Assembly: GCA_965112735.1 (NCBI GenBank)
Contig: OZ218961.1
Span: forward strand, 1,488,001-1,552,000
Direction: 5' to 3'
Length of the DNA: 64,000 bases
Origin: Phaeosaccion multiseriatum
Lineage: Eukaryota; Protista; Ochrophyta, other classes
Shown here in pieces: positions 36,947 to 49,200 of the stretch (positions within the stretch are counted from its first letter, which is position 1; every line of letters starts with the position of its first letter). The notes beneath the pieces are model-generated. The model did no database searches and was not told the origin of the DNA. It saw nothing but the letters and a program-made list of their open reading frames with translations. A program made the translations under genes and the position numbers.

Positions 36947-39900
36947 TCACGCCCGCTTCGCCTTGCGCAGTGCCGGTTTCACCGCCCCACCGCAGTGTCC
37001 CTCCCCCTGCCCCTCCCGCCACACCAGTCGCAGACAGCAAGCCCAGTCCAGGCACAGAGCCGCCCCGCACACAACGGACGTGGCCATGAGCGGCAGGAAG
37101 GGCAGTCTGTCGCCGAAGGATGAGGACAGCAGTGGGTGGAGGCCCTCAGCACACAAAAACAGCGCCAACAGCCCGACTGCTCTGAGCCCCTCCTGAGACG
37201 ACACTCCTCCGCCGTCCCCGCCCCACACGCCGCGCAGTAGCCAGCGAGCAGCGAGGAGGTTTCCCGCCCACAGGAACAGCTTGATGCCCGTCTCCCAGGG
37301 GCCTGTGTGTGGCGCGGGGTAGGGCAGGGTAGGGCAGGGTAGGGTAGGGTAGGCAGGGTAGGATAGGGTAGGGCAGGGTAGGGCAGGGTAGGGTAGGGTA
37401 GGGCAGGGTAGGATAGGGTAGGGCAGGGCAGGGCAGGGTAGGGTAGGGCAGGGCAGGGTAGGATAGGGTAGGGTAGGATAGGGTAGGGCAGGGTAGGGTA
37501 GGGTAGGGTAGGGTAGGGTAGGGTAGGATAGGGTAGGGTAGGATAGGGTAGGGCAGGGTAGGGTAGGGTAGGGTAGGGCAGGGCAGGGCAGGGTAGGGCA
37601 GGGTAGGGTAGGGTAGGGCAGGGTAGGGTAGGGTAGGGTAGGATAGGGTAGGGTAGAGAAGGGTAGGGTAGGGTAGGGCAGGGTAGGGTAGGGCAGGGTA
37701 GGGCAGGGTAGGGCAGAGTAGGGCAGGGTAGGGCAGGGCAGGGTAGGGTAGGGCAGGGCAGGGTAGGGTAGGGCAGGGTAGGGTAGGGTAGGGTACGGTA
37801 GGGTAGGGCAGGGTAAGGTAGGGCAGGGTAGGGTAAGGTAGGGCAGGGCAGGGCAGGGTAGAGGTATATGGGTAGGGCTGGGTACAGCAAGCGGCGTAGG
37901 TTGATTAAGGAGGGGGAAGCCTGAAGCAAGGGAACCTGATACTCGTTACCATCTATAATCACAACTGCTGTATGGCTGTCTTACCTGGGAGGAGGGGGAA
38001 GAGCGCGTAGAGGCCCACGGCGCTGCTCCGGAGGTACAGCGTGGAGGCTCTGCGGTCCTCACACGCAAGCACTGCGAGGGGCACCAGGGCCACAAGCACG
38101 GCCTTCTCGTGCACGTGCCAACCGAAGATGAAGCCGCTCAGGGCACAGTGCACCTGGGGACGGGAAGGAGTAGGGGCGGGAGGGGCAAGGGGCAGGCGGG
38201 GGAGAGGGAGACGGAGAGGGAGAGGGAGAGGGAGAGGGAGAGGGGGCACACGTTAGCTGCAATCTATCCTCCTCCTGTGCAGTTCGGCGGAGCAGAGGAT
38301 AGAGGGGAGAGGCAGCAGGGGAGAGAGAAAAAGGCAGGGAGGGAAATGGGAGGGAACGAGAGTGGAAGGGATAAAGGCACAGGGCAGAGATAAAGAGGGA
38401 GAGAGTGGGGAGGGAGCAGCGGGCAGAGGGACACGCGATAGAGGACAGAAGAGGGGCAGAGGGACGGGCGGAGAGGGAGAGAGGAGGGGAGGGGGGAGGG
38501 CGGAAAGGGCAGAGCGAAGAAGGCGGGCAGGAGGGGAGAGGAAGAGAGGGAGGGGGAGAGGGGGCAGAGGGGAGAAGGCAGAGGAGAGAGGAGGGAGGGA
38601 AGGGAAAGAGGAAGAGAGGGGGGAAAGTAGGAGGGGGAGAAGAGATAGGGGACAGGAAGAGAGGGAAGGGGTGGAGAGCAGGGAGATAGCAGGGAGTAGA
38701 GAAGGGAGAGAGGAGGGAGGGGAGAGAGGGAGAGGGGAGAGAGTGAAAACAACAAAGGGTAGAGGAGGAGGGGGGGAGAGAGCAGAGGGGAGAGCGGAGA
38801 GAGAGTGGAGAGAGAACAGAGAAGGGGGAGGGGGCAGAGGGAGAGTGGACAGAGGGGAAAGAACAAACACGCAAGAGGATAGAAGATAGAGAGGAGATGG
38901 CAGAGGGAGCAGCGCCAGAGGGAAGCACGGGAAGCACTAGAGGGAGCTGTGCCCTCTGCCCCCCTCACTCCCCACGCACTCACCACTCCCCAAAGGAAGG
39001 TCCGCGGTCTGGGCTGCCTCCAGACGGATACGAGGGCTGGGCAGCATGCAAGCAGAGTCAGGCCCACCGTCAGCAAAGGACGAATGTCGGGCAGCAGCGT
39101 GGTGCCTGCATCGTGCACCAGGCCGCCGGTGGTGGACGAGAAGGAGGAGGCCGAACTACGAGCTGCCCCTGCTGGGTCGAGTCTGCGCCACACTGCGAGG
39201 CCCAGCCTGTCCAGGAAGAGGTACAGCGCCCACGCGTTGGGGGCCCAATAGGCGTGCACCAAGCCACGGCCAAAGGGGAAGAGGCGCGAGAGCATCTGCG
39301 ACAGCTGGAGCGCACAGCTGGGGAGAGCGCGGCAGGAGGCAGGGCGGAAGTCAGTGGCGGAAGTCAGTGGCGGAAGTCAGTGCCGGAAGTCACAGTACAC
39401 GGCGGGCACATGTCATGGTCATGTCTGCGACTCTCACCTGCTGCTCGAGCCCCCCCAGCAGAAGGGAAAGACGGCGAGCCCAAACACGCCCAGCACGGTG
39501 CCTCCCAAGGCGGCCAGCCTACCCAAGAAGCTCGACAGGGACGGGCCCTTACCAGGCTCGGGTCCGCTCAAGCAGTACGCTCGCAGCAGGTACACAAAGT
39601 AGAGCGGGGCCAGGGTGAGGAACAGGTGCTTGCACATGAGCAGGGCTGCGAACACAAAGGCGCCGGCCACGTTCCTCTCCTGTGCAGCGAAAGCGAAAAG
39701 GGGAGGTAAGAAGGAGAAGGAGAAGGCAAAGATCAAAGCGGCAGCCCACAACACCTGTTTTAGAAGGCCCACAGAGAGGAGTAGCGTGCCCAGCAGCATC
39801 CCGTTGTACTGAAAGTGCATGTGGTCCACCATCAGCAAGCCCGCATTGAGCAGCACGAGCACTCCCGCACAAGCGAGCTTCGTCTCTCTCCCTGGATAGG

Positions 39901-40464
39901 CGGCCGAGAGGGCTGTTTTGGGCTTCCCCTTTGTGGATTGAAAGCACGCTGCGACACCCAAGAGGAGCAGCAGATCCACGGCCATGACCGACACGCGCTG
40001 CATTGTAGGGGAGGGGGTGGACGACGATTACTTGAACCAACTGCGTTTTGTACACCCCGCCAAGTGCTCAAGACAAAGCGCAGCTGCTCACCTGAAAGCA
40101 CACAGTCTCCCAAGACGCGTAGGGAAGCTCGCGGACCTCCAGCATGAGGGGGTCCACCCGCCTGGCCACTTGTGCAAGGCCCCATTCAAACCACGCAAAG
40201 AAAGGAGGGTAGTCCAGAGTCCACTGGCTTGTCTCGTCAAAGTACCACTGCGAGGCAGGGAGGCTTGATGTCACGGCAAGCCAGTTGCGATGCACCTGCG
40301 ATGGACAAGAGCAGGAGGTCAGCAAGCTGCTCTCCTCCCAACTGTCGCTTGCCTCGGCTGCGCACCTCAAAGTCAGTACTGTGGTAGCCTTGCCCGGCCA
40401 GTAGGAGCACCTTCACCGCTGTGGACGCTGCAAAGATCATCCACAGCCCACGAGCGGGAGCCAT
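36947..40464 (-). CDS. ALG8: Dolichyl-PP-Glc1Man9GlcNAc2 alpha-1,3-glucosyltransferase; 7 exons
   Basis: Exons 40464-40366, 40295-40092, 39997-39755, 39679-39438, 39317-38984, 38153-37985, 37302-36947. Motifs [75 protein letters not shown]; ends KAKRA (KxKxx ER-retrieval pattern). Confidence 0.95.
37317..37860. repeat. (GGGTA/GGGCA)n pentamer array in the last ALG8 intron
   Basis: Direct reading; reads (TACCC/TGCCC)n on the transcribed strand. Confidence 0.95.
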
Positions 40465-40630
40465 GCCACTGGGAGCATATACGCGGGAGGGAATGGGAAG
40501 CGGCCTTGTGAAGATTCTCGTAAGGCAATGAGGGGCGTGAGCGGCGTAACGGTAACGGTTCCAGGCCAGAAGGCAGTGAGTGCTTTTTGCCTCCTCGCTG
40601 CTTCCCTGTACGCAACGCAAAGCAAACAAC

Positions 40631-42408
40631 ATGAGCTACAGAAGGGGGTCGATCTTCGACATTCAGCGGAGGAGATCCGGGGCGGTGGCTTTGCCGGACA
40701 AGATACTACATGGGCATATGAATGTATTTGTCGAAGGGGGAAGGCAGCTGCGCAATCGAGGTGGGCCGCCTCCCCAATTCCCCTCTTTCTTTCTCCTCCT
40801 GCTTCTTCTAACGTTCGCTCACTCGCACCCCTCCCCTTCCTCTTCCCCCTTATCCGCGCAGAGATGGTGGGCAAGAGTGACCCCTTTGTCAAGATAAAGT
40901 TCGGCCTGACCGCAGCCCAGCGAACAGAGGTGGTCTTCGACTCGGACAATCCGGTGTTTAAGGAGAGCATGCTGTCGTTTCCAGTCTTTGAGCCGGATCC
41001 GGTGGGCACGACGTTGGAGGTGATGGTGTTCGACAAGGGGCTTGTGGTGGACGAGTTGATTGGCTACACGAGCATGAGCTACGAGACCCTACTAAAGCCG
41101 GAGGGCATGTGGGTACCGATCATGACGGGCAGGGGTGAAAAGACGGGAGAGGTCAAAATTGCCTTGAGCTACTGCCCGAGTCCCCCCACCAGTGCTTCGG
41201 GTGACTCGCAGAAAGAAGCCTTGTCTGAATCGGTGGCTGCTGGCGGTGCTGGGGAAGAGGTGTCGCCTTCGGAAGTGAGCAGCGGAAGCGGCAGCAGCGT
41301 GGTGATCGACGCTGCTGGTCTCCGAGAGACGAGGGAGCCCGAAAGCGAGCGACAAAAGCAAGTCGCGTCTACCGCAGCCATCGAAGAGCGGGGATCCTGG
41401 AGCAGCAGCATCCCCAGTATCAACAGCAGCAGGCGTAGCAGCACACTAGTCGCCTCGGCCCAGAACGAACCGCCAACAGCGGCCAATGAAATGGCCGCAA
41501 TAGCGGCAATGGCGGTACGAGCGCATGACGCGGGCGACGACAACGACATGGGCGGGGCAGAGGCGCACCCCCACGCAGCGCAACGAGCCCTGGGGGGGCG
41601 GCAGGAAGCCCGGCAGCCGGAGGCCCGGCGGCAGAGCCAGCCGCTGGTGAGGAGAGGATCAGACGAGGATGACGAGGAGGGGGAGCTGCGCCTTGACGCT
41701 GCTGATGCGACGAGAGAAGCAGAGGCCAGTCAGAAGAACAGGGGCAGGCGGAGCTCCATCGAGCGGGCCACGCATAAAGGGCATCGCCGGGGCTCCTGCG
41801 GGTCCGAGCCTCCTCCGTTGAAACACGTGACCAACGGCACTCCAGCGGCCAGATCGCTGCCCTTCGTGGTTGACTTTCGCGTGCAATCCGAGTATTTGTT
41901 TAGCCCAGAGGCCCGGCGTGTGGCGCAGCGCGTGCTCAGTGTGTTGGGCTGCCTTGCTGCCGTGGCGGCGCTCGTGCTTCTCGCGGAGGAGGGCACGTCG
42001 AGACTGTCCCCGGGCTTTCCCAACAGCCGTTCGGGGGAGGGCTTTTATCTCGTGGACCAGACGGACGGCCTCTGCCTCATGGGCAACCGATTCGTGTCGT
42101 GCGGGGCCAAGTCAGTGTGGAGCATACAGGAGGAGGACCCCGCGGGCGGGGGCAGCAGGAGCACCTCGGCGCTGCGGCTGGGCGGCAAATGCTTAGCAGC
42201 CTCCAGCAGCGAGGCGCAAGGACATGCGGGACTGAGCAAGTGCTCCGTCCCCAGTGCGGCAGGCTGGAGGCTGCGGAGAGGGAGGCTCACACATGCCCTG
42301 TCCAACGGCTCGGGGACGGCCTGCGTGCACCGCAAGGGCAAGGGAATCGTCATGGTGGACTGCCGGGGCGACGAGGACAGCCTAGAACTGGAGGCCGTGA
42401 CGGTATAA
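40631..42408 (+). CDS. C2-domain single-pass membrane protein with C-terminal ricin-B-like Cys-rich domain; exons 40631-40760, 40862-42408
   Basis: Splicing GT40761..AG40861 joins GHMNVFVEGGRQLRNRE to MVGKSDPFVKIKFG...NPVFKE...LEVMVFDKGLVVDELIG (C2 pattern); low-complexity linker; hydrophobic VLSVLGCLAAVAALVLLA; then GLCL...C...W / GKCL...C...W / ACV...C repeats. Confidence 0.75.
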
Positions 42409-43109
42409 TGCGTAGTGCCAGTACCATTCGCACGTTCTGTACTCAAGGAAACCTGTAATTCATTCTTCCATTCGTTGCTTCTTCGTAGTGCCCCTCCACG
42501 TCCCGAGGGGGAGTGTCGATGTTCCTAACCCCCCCATCAAGTCGTTGCGGGCCTCATCACTGCGCTTGATGGCCAACGGGTGCCCCCCAAGGCGTACAGT
42601 AGGCTGCCTCCGAGGCGTGAAGGTGCAGCACTCCTCTGCAGTGCCACATGCCATGCACCTGCTTGGTTGGCCTTCAGACGCACACATCCTGCCCCATCAA
42701 CAAAAGCCCTCGACCATGTCGCTCGAAATCGACTGTCCGTGCTTTGCCTCGAAATGATTCTGCTTGCTGGGGGTGGGGGGTGAGCACCAAGACGCTCGTA
42801 CCCCGCCTGTCCGACCCCCGCATCGTGACTGAATGATGGATCGATCGGTACCACTGAGGCCTTGCACCACGACCGATGGAGCACAGCACGGCTCGTCCCA
42901 CACTCACAACGTTCATGCAGCGGCGGTTCTCGACGATGGCCCGAGGGACAGGCCTGTCTCGTTTGAGCATGTAACATCTCTCTTGAAGGCAGCCTGTGAG
43001 GTGCTGCTTGGTTGCAGGTCTTCTTGCTGCAGCTGCTGCTGCTGTCTCTGATTCAGATAGGGGAGCTCAGCTCGCTCTCACCACACTAGGTCCCTTTGAG
43101 CAGCGCACT

Positions 43110-43981
43110 TCACTGGAAGGTGGGTGCTCTGCTCTTCTTGTCCCTCTTCTTCTTGCTCTCGTGCTGCTGATGCTGGTACTTGCTAGAGCCCTGCTCCTCC
43201 ACGAGTCCCTTCCAGCTGAGCACCTCCGACCTGCACAGCCCTTCGTCGTGAGGCGGAGGCCGCACTAGCACGGAGGCGGACAACTCCTCGCAGAGGAGAA
43301 GGCCCGCACAAAACTTGGCGAAAGTCACGGATTCGAGCCCCACCAGCACCGGCTCCAGAAAGCGCATGGGAATACACCTGAAAGAAGGGGGACAAGCGGT
43401 GGGCCGCCGTGAGGAAATCTTTCCCCTCCCTCCCCCCCAACGACCTACACACCACGCGTTCACAGTACCTGCTCGCCTTCCCAGGGTCGCTAGCCAAGGC
43501 CGTGAGGGACACTAGGAGCTTGTCGCCGGAAGGCTTGCGTCTCGCAGGGGGGGCCTTCTCCAGCACCTCCTTCACGTCCCCAAAGAAGTCCTGAAGCAAA
43601 GGGGAGATCGACAGAGATCAGGTCAGTCGCGCCCAGACACACACAGCAGGTACCCGTACTTCGCCTTCACCTGGAAATAGAGGAAGACGAACATCGCCCG
43701 GCTGAACGAAGCATAGCTCAGCTCTTTCACGTCTACGCCGCCTTGCTCGAGCTTTGTCAAGATGTGCTCCGACACGTTGCTAGGAAAGTCTGGCGAAAGT
43801 GTCTGGGCAAGTTGGCCAAAGTCCTTGGCGGCGAACGCCGGCTGTTGCTGGAGATGAGCCCCCCCACCGAACGCGTCCTCCATGGCAAATATAAAGCCAA
43901 GCACGTTGTGGCGAGTGGCGCTCACGTACGCCCACTCACGACCGGCCACATTGTTGTATTCAAACACGCTGCGTCGTTTGG

Positions 43982-44024
<43 letters not shown>

Positions 44025-44215
44025 TTACTATGCTTTCATTTGGCAGCCGCCCTTGCCAGATCCTCAGCCCGGAGAGAGCGCACCTGGTGAAGTACTCGCA
44101 GATAAGCTGCAGCGGCTTCTCCGGCCTCCTGGCCAGCACGATTCGCATAGCGTCCTTCACATACACTGCTATATCCGCCTCAGTGTCCCGCATTGTCTCG
44201 TCTGGCAAGCTGGCC
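43110..44215 (-). CDS. CSTPP1: CSTPP1/C11orf49-like centriolar-satellite polyglutamylase regulator; start codon displaced to 54036-54034 by the transposon
   Basis: Exons (44215)-44084, 43968-43671, 43590-43469, 43377-43110. YVKDAM...EYFTSVFEYNNVAGREWAYVSATRHN...QLAQTLSPDFP...LSYASFSRAMFVFLYFQDF matches my recollection of C11orf49 (YMEDAV...EYFNSV...REFSFVQATPHN...LLCPDFP...MSFSDF). In-frame internal ATG at 44193. Confidence 0.78.
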
Positions 44216-44372
44216 CATTTAGGTAAGGGTTTTGAGTGTGGTTTCGTGTCGAGAGCAGCATGTGGTCGCGACATTAGCTAAGGCTTATTCGTGTCGAGAG
44301 CACGAGGGGTGGTCTCAAGTCGGAGCCACGACTGAGCGCAGGGGACAGGCTGGCGTACACGCGGATTCGAGC
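44216..44372 (+). repeat. Left terminal inverted repeat
   Basis: CATTTAGGTAAGGGTTTTGAGTGTGG...GCGGATTCGAGC; contains TTCGTGTCGAGAGCA twice (44243-44257, 44288-44302). Confidence 0.95.
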
Positions 44373-44571
44373 ATCCACCATCCCCCCCCCACCCACATAG
44401 TACTCCTTGAGAGCTCACTCGGTGTCCAGAACGATGACAGACTCGGGGCTACGGCGGTCAGAGAGAAGCGGAACGCAAGCAAGTTTAGGACGGTATGTTC
44501 GCAACGCCGGTCCCCCCACTCAAAGGAAGGAACCTTCTCCAACGTCTGTCGCACCCCGTAATCCAAACAGC

Positions 44572-46205
44572 ATGGGAAAGGGAAAGGGAAAGGGAAAGGG
44601 AGGGAAAGGAGAACTCGCTGCGAGAGGAGGAGGAGGAGGAGGAGGAAGGAACGGAGGGGCTCCGTCACCGCCGGTAGACACAACAGCGAGGACAGGAGCG
44701 GGAAGGACACCGGCATCCGCAAGTCCGACACCAGGAGGAGCGGGAGGATTGGGAGGACCTCTGTCTGATTTCACAGATTTCACAGCATCTCCAGGAGGCG
44801 AACCGGGGGCGGCGGCCGCTCCGTCATCATTACCACCACCCGCGGTAGCACCAGCGACAACAGAGGTTGAGGGAGTAGCGGGAGCAGCGATTTTTGGAGG
44901 AGAAGGGGGCGCCGCAGCAGCATCAAGGATTCCTTCTCCACCAACTACAATTGGAACAGAGGGCCTTGCGGAGGGGGCTTTGGAAAGGGGTAGCGGAGAG
45001 AGTCAAGCCGAACTTAGCAAAGCCCAGGAACATGCTGCTGCCACTGCTGCTGCCACTGCTGCCTCTGCTACTGCCTCCGGATCCGTGCTCCGAGAGGCAG
45101 GGAAGTCCACGTCAGCACTCCCTAGTGGCGCGAGAGGAGGAAAAACTAAGAGGTGAGAAGGGCCTGCCTTGTCTCGTCTTTAAAGCTTCATTCTGTCCGC
45201 CTGCTGTAACGATTTCAACACGTCTCTTCCAACACCCCTGCGCAGAACGACGCAGAAGAAAATCCTTGGGCTCCTGAAAGCCAATGCAGTGTCATCACAG
45301 GAGAGGGAGGCGTTAAAGAAGCAGTACAGAGGCAAAATGAACGCCGCTGCGGCCATGTTGGCGGCCTGCGGCGAGAAAATTGTTATCGTTGCGGCGGAAG
45401 ACAGTGAGGTCCGAAAGATTGTGACTAACAATTTCCCGAATGGCAGCGTCCTGGCTACGGCTCTGCGAGACTCCCGTGTGAATTCCATCATCCGCGAAGC
45501 TGTGAACGATATTCTTCCGAGGCAAGTGCAAACGTCTACAGCTGTTCAAGCGTCCGAACCCAGGACCCCTGAAAAGATTGTGGAGGAGGACGTGTCAGTG
45601 AAAGAGCTGCGCAAGGTCTGTGCGGTCTTGATGAAGCGCCATGCAGGAGATGTTCTGCAGGGAAAAGTCGAACAGAAGAAGCAGGAAGCCGCGCAGAGGG
45701 GGGCAGGGGGACGGCAGGAGGCCGTGGCGGACCCTGGGACAGGGGGGCGGTCAGGGATGGTCTTCACCAGCTCAACGCGAAAGGCATCGCCGACAGCGGC
45801 CACAGGTACTGCATCGGAGCGACGCCGCAACCGAAGTATTGGCAAGGTGTGACCTACAACGGCAAAGCTATGGACTGGAAGGGATTTGGAGCCTTTCTCA
45901 AAGCAAAGCACTACGCGTGTTTGAGAATTCCCGAGAGCTTGGCGCACTCTGTGGTGGTTGCGTACACGAGGCACGTGTACGCAGCGGCGGCTGGAAGCAG
46001 CGGCGACAGCAACGGCTCAAACACCACCAGGGATCGCCAGAGGATCGGATCCGAAGCCGTCGAAGGCAGTCTGCATTCATTGATCAGAGAGGGCAACAAA
46101 GACGTCGCGGAGGCCCCACTCGACAAGGGCAGCAAGAAGCGAAAGCGGGGAGAGGCGGAGGCAACACCACCAGTATCAGTACCACCAGTAATGACTAATG
46201 TATGA
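44572..46205 (+). CDS. Transposon ORF2, unknown protein, probably frameshifted
   Basis: ATG 44572, Gly/Ala/Pro-rich exon to 45152, GT..AG intron 45153-45245 joins in frame to ORF 45289-45852; an overlapping frame open from about 45600 continues to TGA 46205, suggesting a frameshift near the G runs at 45698-45748. No family recognised. Confidence 0.5.
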
Positions 46206-46212
46206 TTTAGAT

Positions 46213-49200
46213 TTAAGTCTCTCCTGCCTCCTTCCTCCGCTCCGCCTCCTTCAGCAGCATCCGCGCGATCTCATTGCGCTTCTCCCCCATGTCTTCCTCC
46301 CGCACCTCCTCCTTGAGGGACTTGCCCTCATAGATGCACCTTGCAAAGGACACAGTAAAGACTCCGCAGTCGTATCCATTCTTCTGCCAGGGGGTCGTGT
46401 CGCTGCAAGTCGGCAGGGACTGCCATCCAACCATGTCCATGGGCGCTGCAGACAGGAGGAAGAAGGGGGGGGGTGGTTAATGAGAGACAGAAGACACAGC
46501 GGTGAGCTTGCCCAGACACTTACTCTTGAGCTTATCCACGTGCTCGTCCTGCAGCCAAAGCATGATAGCGTTGCGTGCGAGGTCGCCTTTGCCCCACTTG
46601 CTGTCGTAGCACTGCACTACCTTCTTCTCCATGTCAATGACCACCAAATACCAGTGATGCATGTGAATGTTGACCGGCACAATGACCTTGCCACACTCGA
46701 AAACGTTTCCCCCCACCACCTTTTCGCCTTGTGTCCACCTCTTCACGTTCGCGTAGACGTACTGGTCCATGCTGAGGAACTTGTCGGTGAGCTTGTGGAG
46801 GAAGTGGGAGTTGAAGAAGTGGGTCGGGCGGCGTTCGCTGTCCAGCTCACACTTCGTCTTGTCGTCCTCTGCCATAAGGTCGAGGCAGAGATTGATCACC
46901 TCGTCGTTCAGCCACGTGAAGGACAGCAGGCACCGTAGCGTGTTCCGCGTAATCTCGGCGTTGAAGAGCGTAAAGAGAATTTCGTCCCCCTGCCCACCGT
47001 GGAAGGCCCATTGTAGGGCGGCCTCGTCACCCTCTGGCGGCAGCCCCGCCGTGTTTGCCTCTGTAGGTCGCCCCCTCTTTCGCTTGCGACTCTGCCCCTC
47101 CCCCGCCCCTGCTGTGACTCCTGCTCCCCCCTCCCCGCCTCCTTCTGATGCTCCTGCTCCTTGCCCTCTCCCTTCTGATCTCTGTGCCTCTTCCTCTCCT
47201 TCTTGTACTGCCCCCCTGGGGTCTGTATCCTCGGATTTCTCTTCCTCTACCCCTTCGTCCTCCTGCACGACGCTGCCCACCGAATCGCCCCGCGGCGACG
47301 GTTGAGGCGCCTCACGATGGAGGCCTTGGCGGAGGCCCACAAGAAGAGGGCTGGAACTGGCCTCGCCAACCTGCTCCTGGACAGGGGTGCGGCGTGAGAG
47401 GAGTAAAAAGGATGGAGGGAGGAGAGGTGGGATGGTTTTCGAGTGAGACACCCAGACGAGGTCAGCCGAAGCCTCCAAAGCCAACCAGAAACGAACATTC
47501 TCTTCCTCCGGGCTGATGGTCTCCATGTCGGGCATGGTGACCTGTAAAGGAGAGACACACACACACACACACACAAACATACACACACACATGTATCACT
47601 TTGACAAGCAAGCCTGGAAGGGGGCCAGGGTAAAGCACCTACCGCTTCGATTGCTCCTCGTGAGCCTTCCGCGGCCATGTCCTTCAGTCTCTTCTCCGCG
47701 ACCATATGTAAGAAAACGTTAACGTACATCTGAGCTGTGCGCGACGACATGTGCGCCAACTGGGAGTCCACAGGCAAGGCAGGCAGGCACAAAAAGCAAG
47801 GAAGTGAGGAGAAAAACTTGAGTGAGCTGTAGCCCGAGACTCTCCTTCACCTGCGTGGCGATTTTGCGAACCTCCTTGTTGTTCTGCTCCGCCGCTTGGG
47901 TGTCAAGGCTTCGCAAGACGCTGAGGAAGAGACGACAATCACGACGGGGAAGGCGGCTGAGTTCTTACACTGTGGGGAAACTGAATTGCCCAGGGGAATG
48001 TACCCAATTCAAGGGTATGGGCAGGGGGCAGGAGAGAGAGGGGGGGGGGGGAGTTTACCTGTACTCTTCGAACAAGAGAGGCACATTCTTCTCGTACGCT
48101 GACCGTTTCATCAAACTCAAGATGCCGTAAAGGGTGTTGCAGGCCACATGGTTGGGCAAATGAAAGCGGTCCAGGCAAAACCTGATGCGAAAAAGTAGGC
48201 GCGGGTCCCGGTACAAGATGTACTTGTGCAGCTTACACACTGGGCCAGGAGGACGAGGAGAGGAGCAACGGAGAGCAACGGAGAGCAACGCAGAGCAACG
48301 GAGAGCAGAAGTTAGGCATTTCCTTGGCAACTGCTGCATCAACCCAGCACACTCTGTTCACCGCGGAGGCAGCAGAGGGGGGTACGGACGCTGCCTGCCG
48401 CACTTCCAACCCTTTTCAGTGACACTGAAGGAAATTCCAATCCCTTCGGAGGCGAAGCGGTACAGGGTTGAGGCATCGCAGAGCACTGTAGAGGCACCAA
48501 CAAAGCATGAACAGGGCGTCATACACACTCTGTATCACTTCAGAAGCACCAGGAATGAGTACGGGCATTCCCCCCCCCCCCCCGCCCCCCCACAACCAAA
48601 AAAGTCAGGCCGACTAAGTCACTGAATCAGCCCCCCTACGTGACCATGGTGGACCCTTGCCACAAACCCAGCGCGCATCGCTTGCCTCTGGTGAGGCGCA
48701 CAAGGAAACATGGGCCTGACCAATCTATGTACCCTGCACCAGTGACTTCACAGGTGGTCTTGGCCCTCCCCCTCTGCGTCTCAGCTTGGGGAAGATCACC
48801 ACCCCTGTTACGTGTCAGCCAAGCCGGAGGTATTTTCCCGAATCTCTTTGTCAGGAGCTCAGATAAAGGATCCTCTACAATCCTACCAACCCTCAAACAT
48901 GCAGCAGTCCATTCACCTCCTCTGCTTGGGCCAAACCGGCACCCAGTTTGCTCGTGCCGCCAAAGAAAGTCACTGAATCACCCCCCCTGGGTCACCATGG
49001 TGGACGCTTGGCCGAAATCTAGCGCGGATCGTTTGAGTTTGGTCAGGGCTACAAGGAAACCTAATCAGACATTGGGGTAGAAACCCACAAGGTTGACTTC
49101 ACAGGTTAGCGTAGCAAATCCCTCTCATTTCTGCCCCAAAACAGGGAAAACGACCACCTGCACAGCGTTTAAGCCGGCATGACCAACTTGCCCCACTATT

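Noticed and set aside
37317-37860. Telomere-like repeat
   Set aside because: Unit is a GGGTA/GGGCA pentamer, not TTAGGG/TTTAGGG, and lies within an ALG8 intron.
39300-39460. Apparent frameshift in ALG8 at the G7 run
   Set aside because: The upstream CAG acceptor (exon start 39317) keeps the frame.
40528-40861. ORF-track start of the 626-aa ORF
   Set aside because: Reads through an intron; ATG 40631 plus the 40761-40861 intron restores the first C2 strand.
42409-43109. Possible extra small gene
   Set aside because: No recognisable motif or consistent exon chain; likely UTR/intergenic.
43960-44274. ORF-track N-terminus MSRPHAALDTKPHSKPLPKW for the CSTPP1-like gene
   Set aside because: These codons are TIR sequence; the native start is at 54036, although TIR-initiated translation cannot be excluded.
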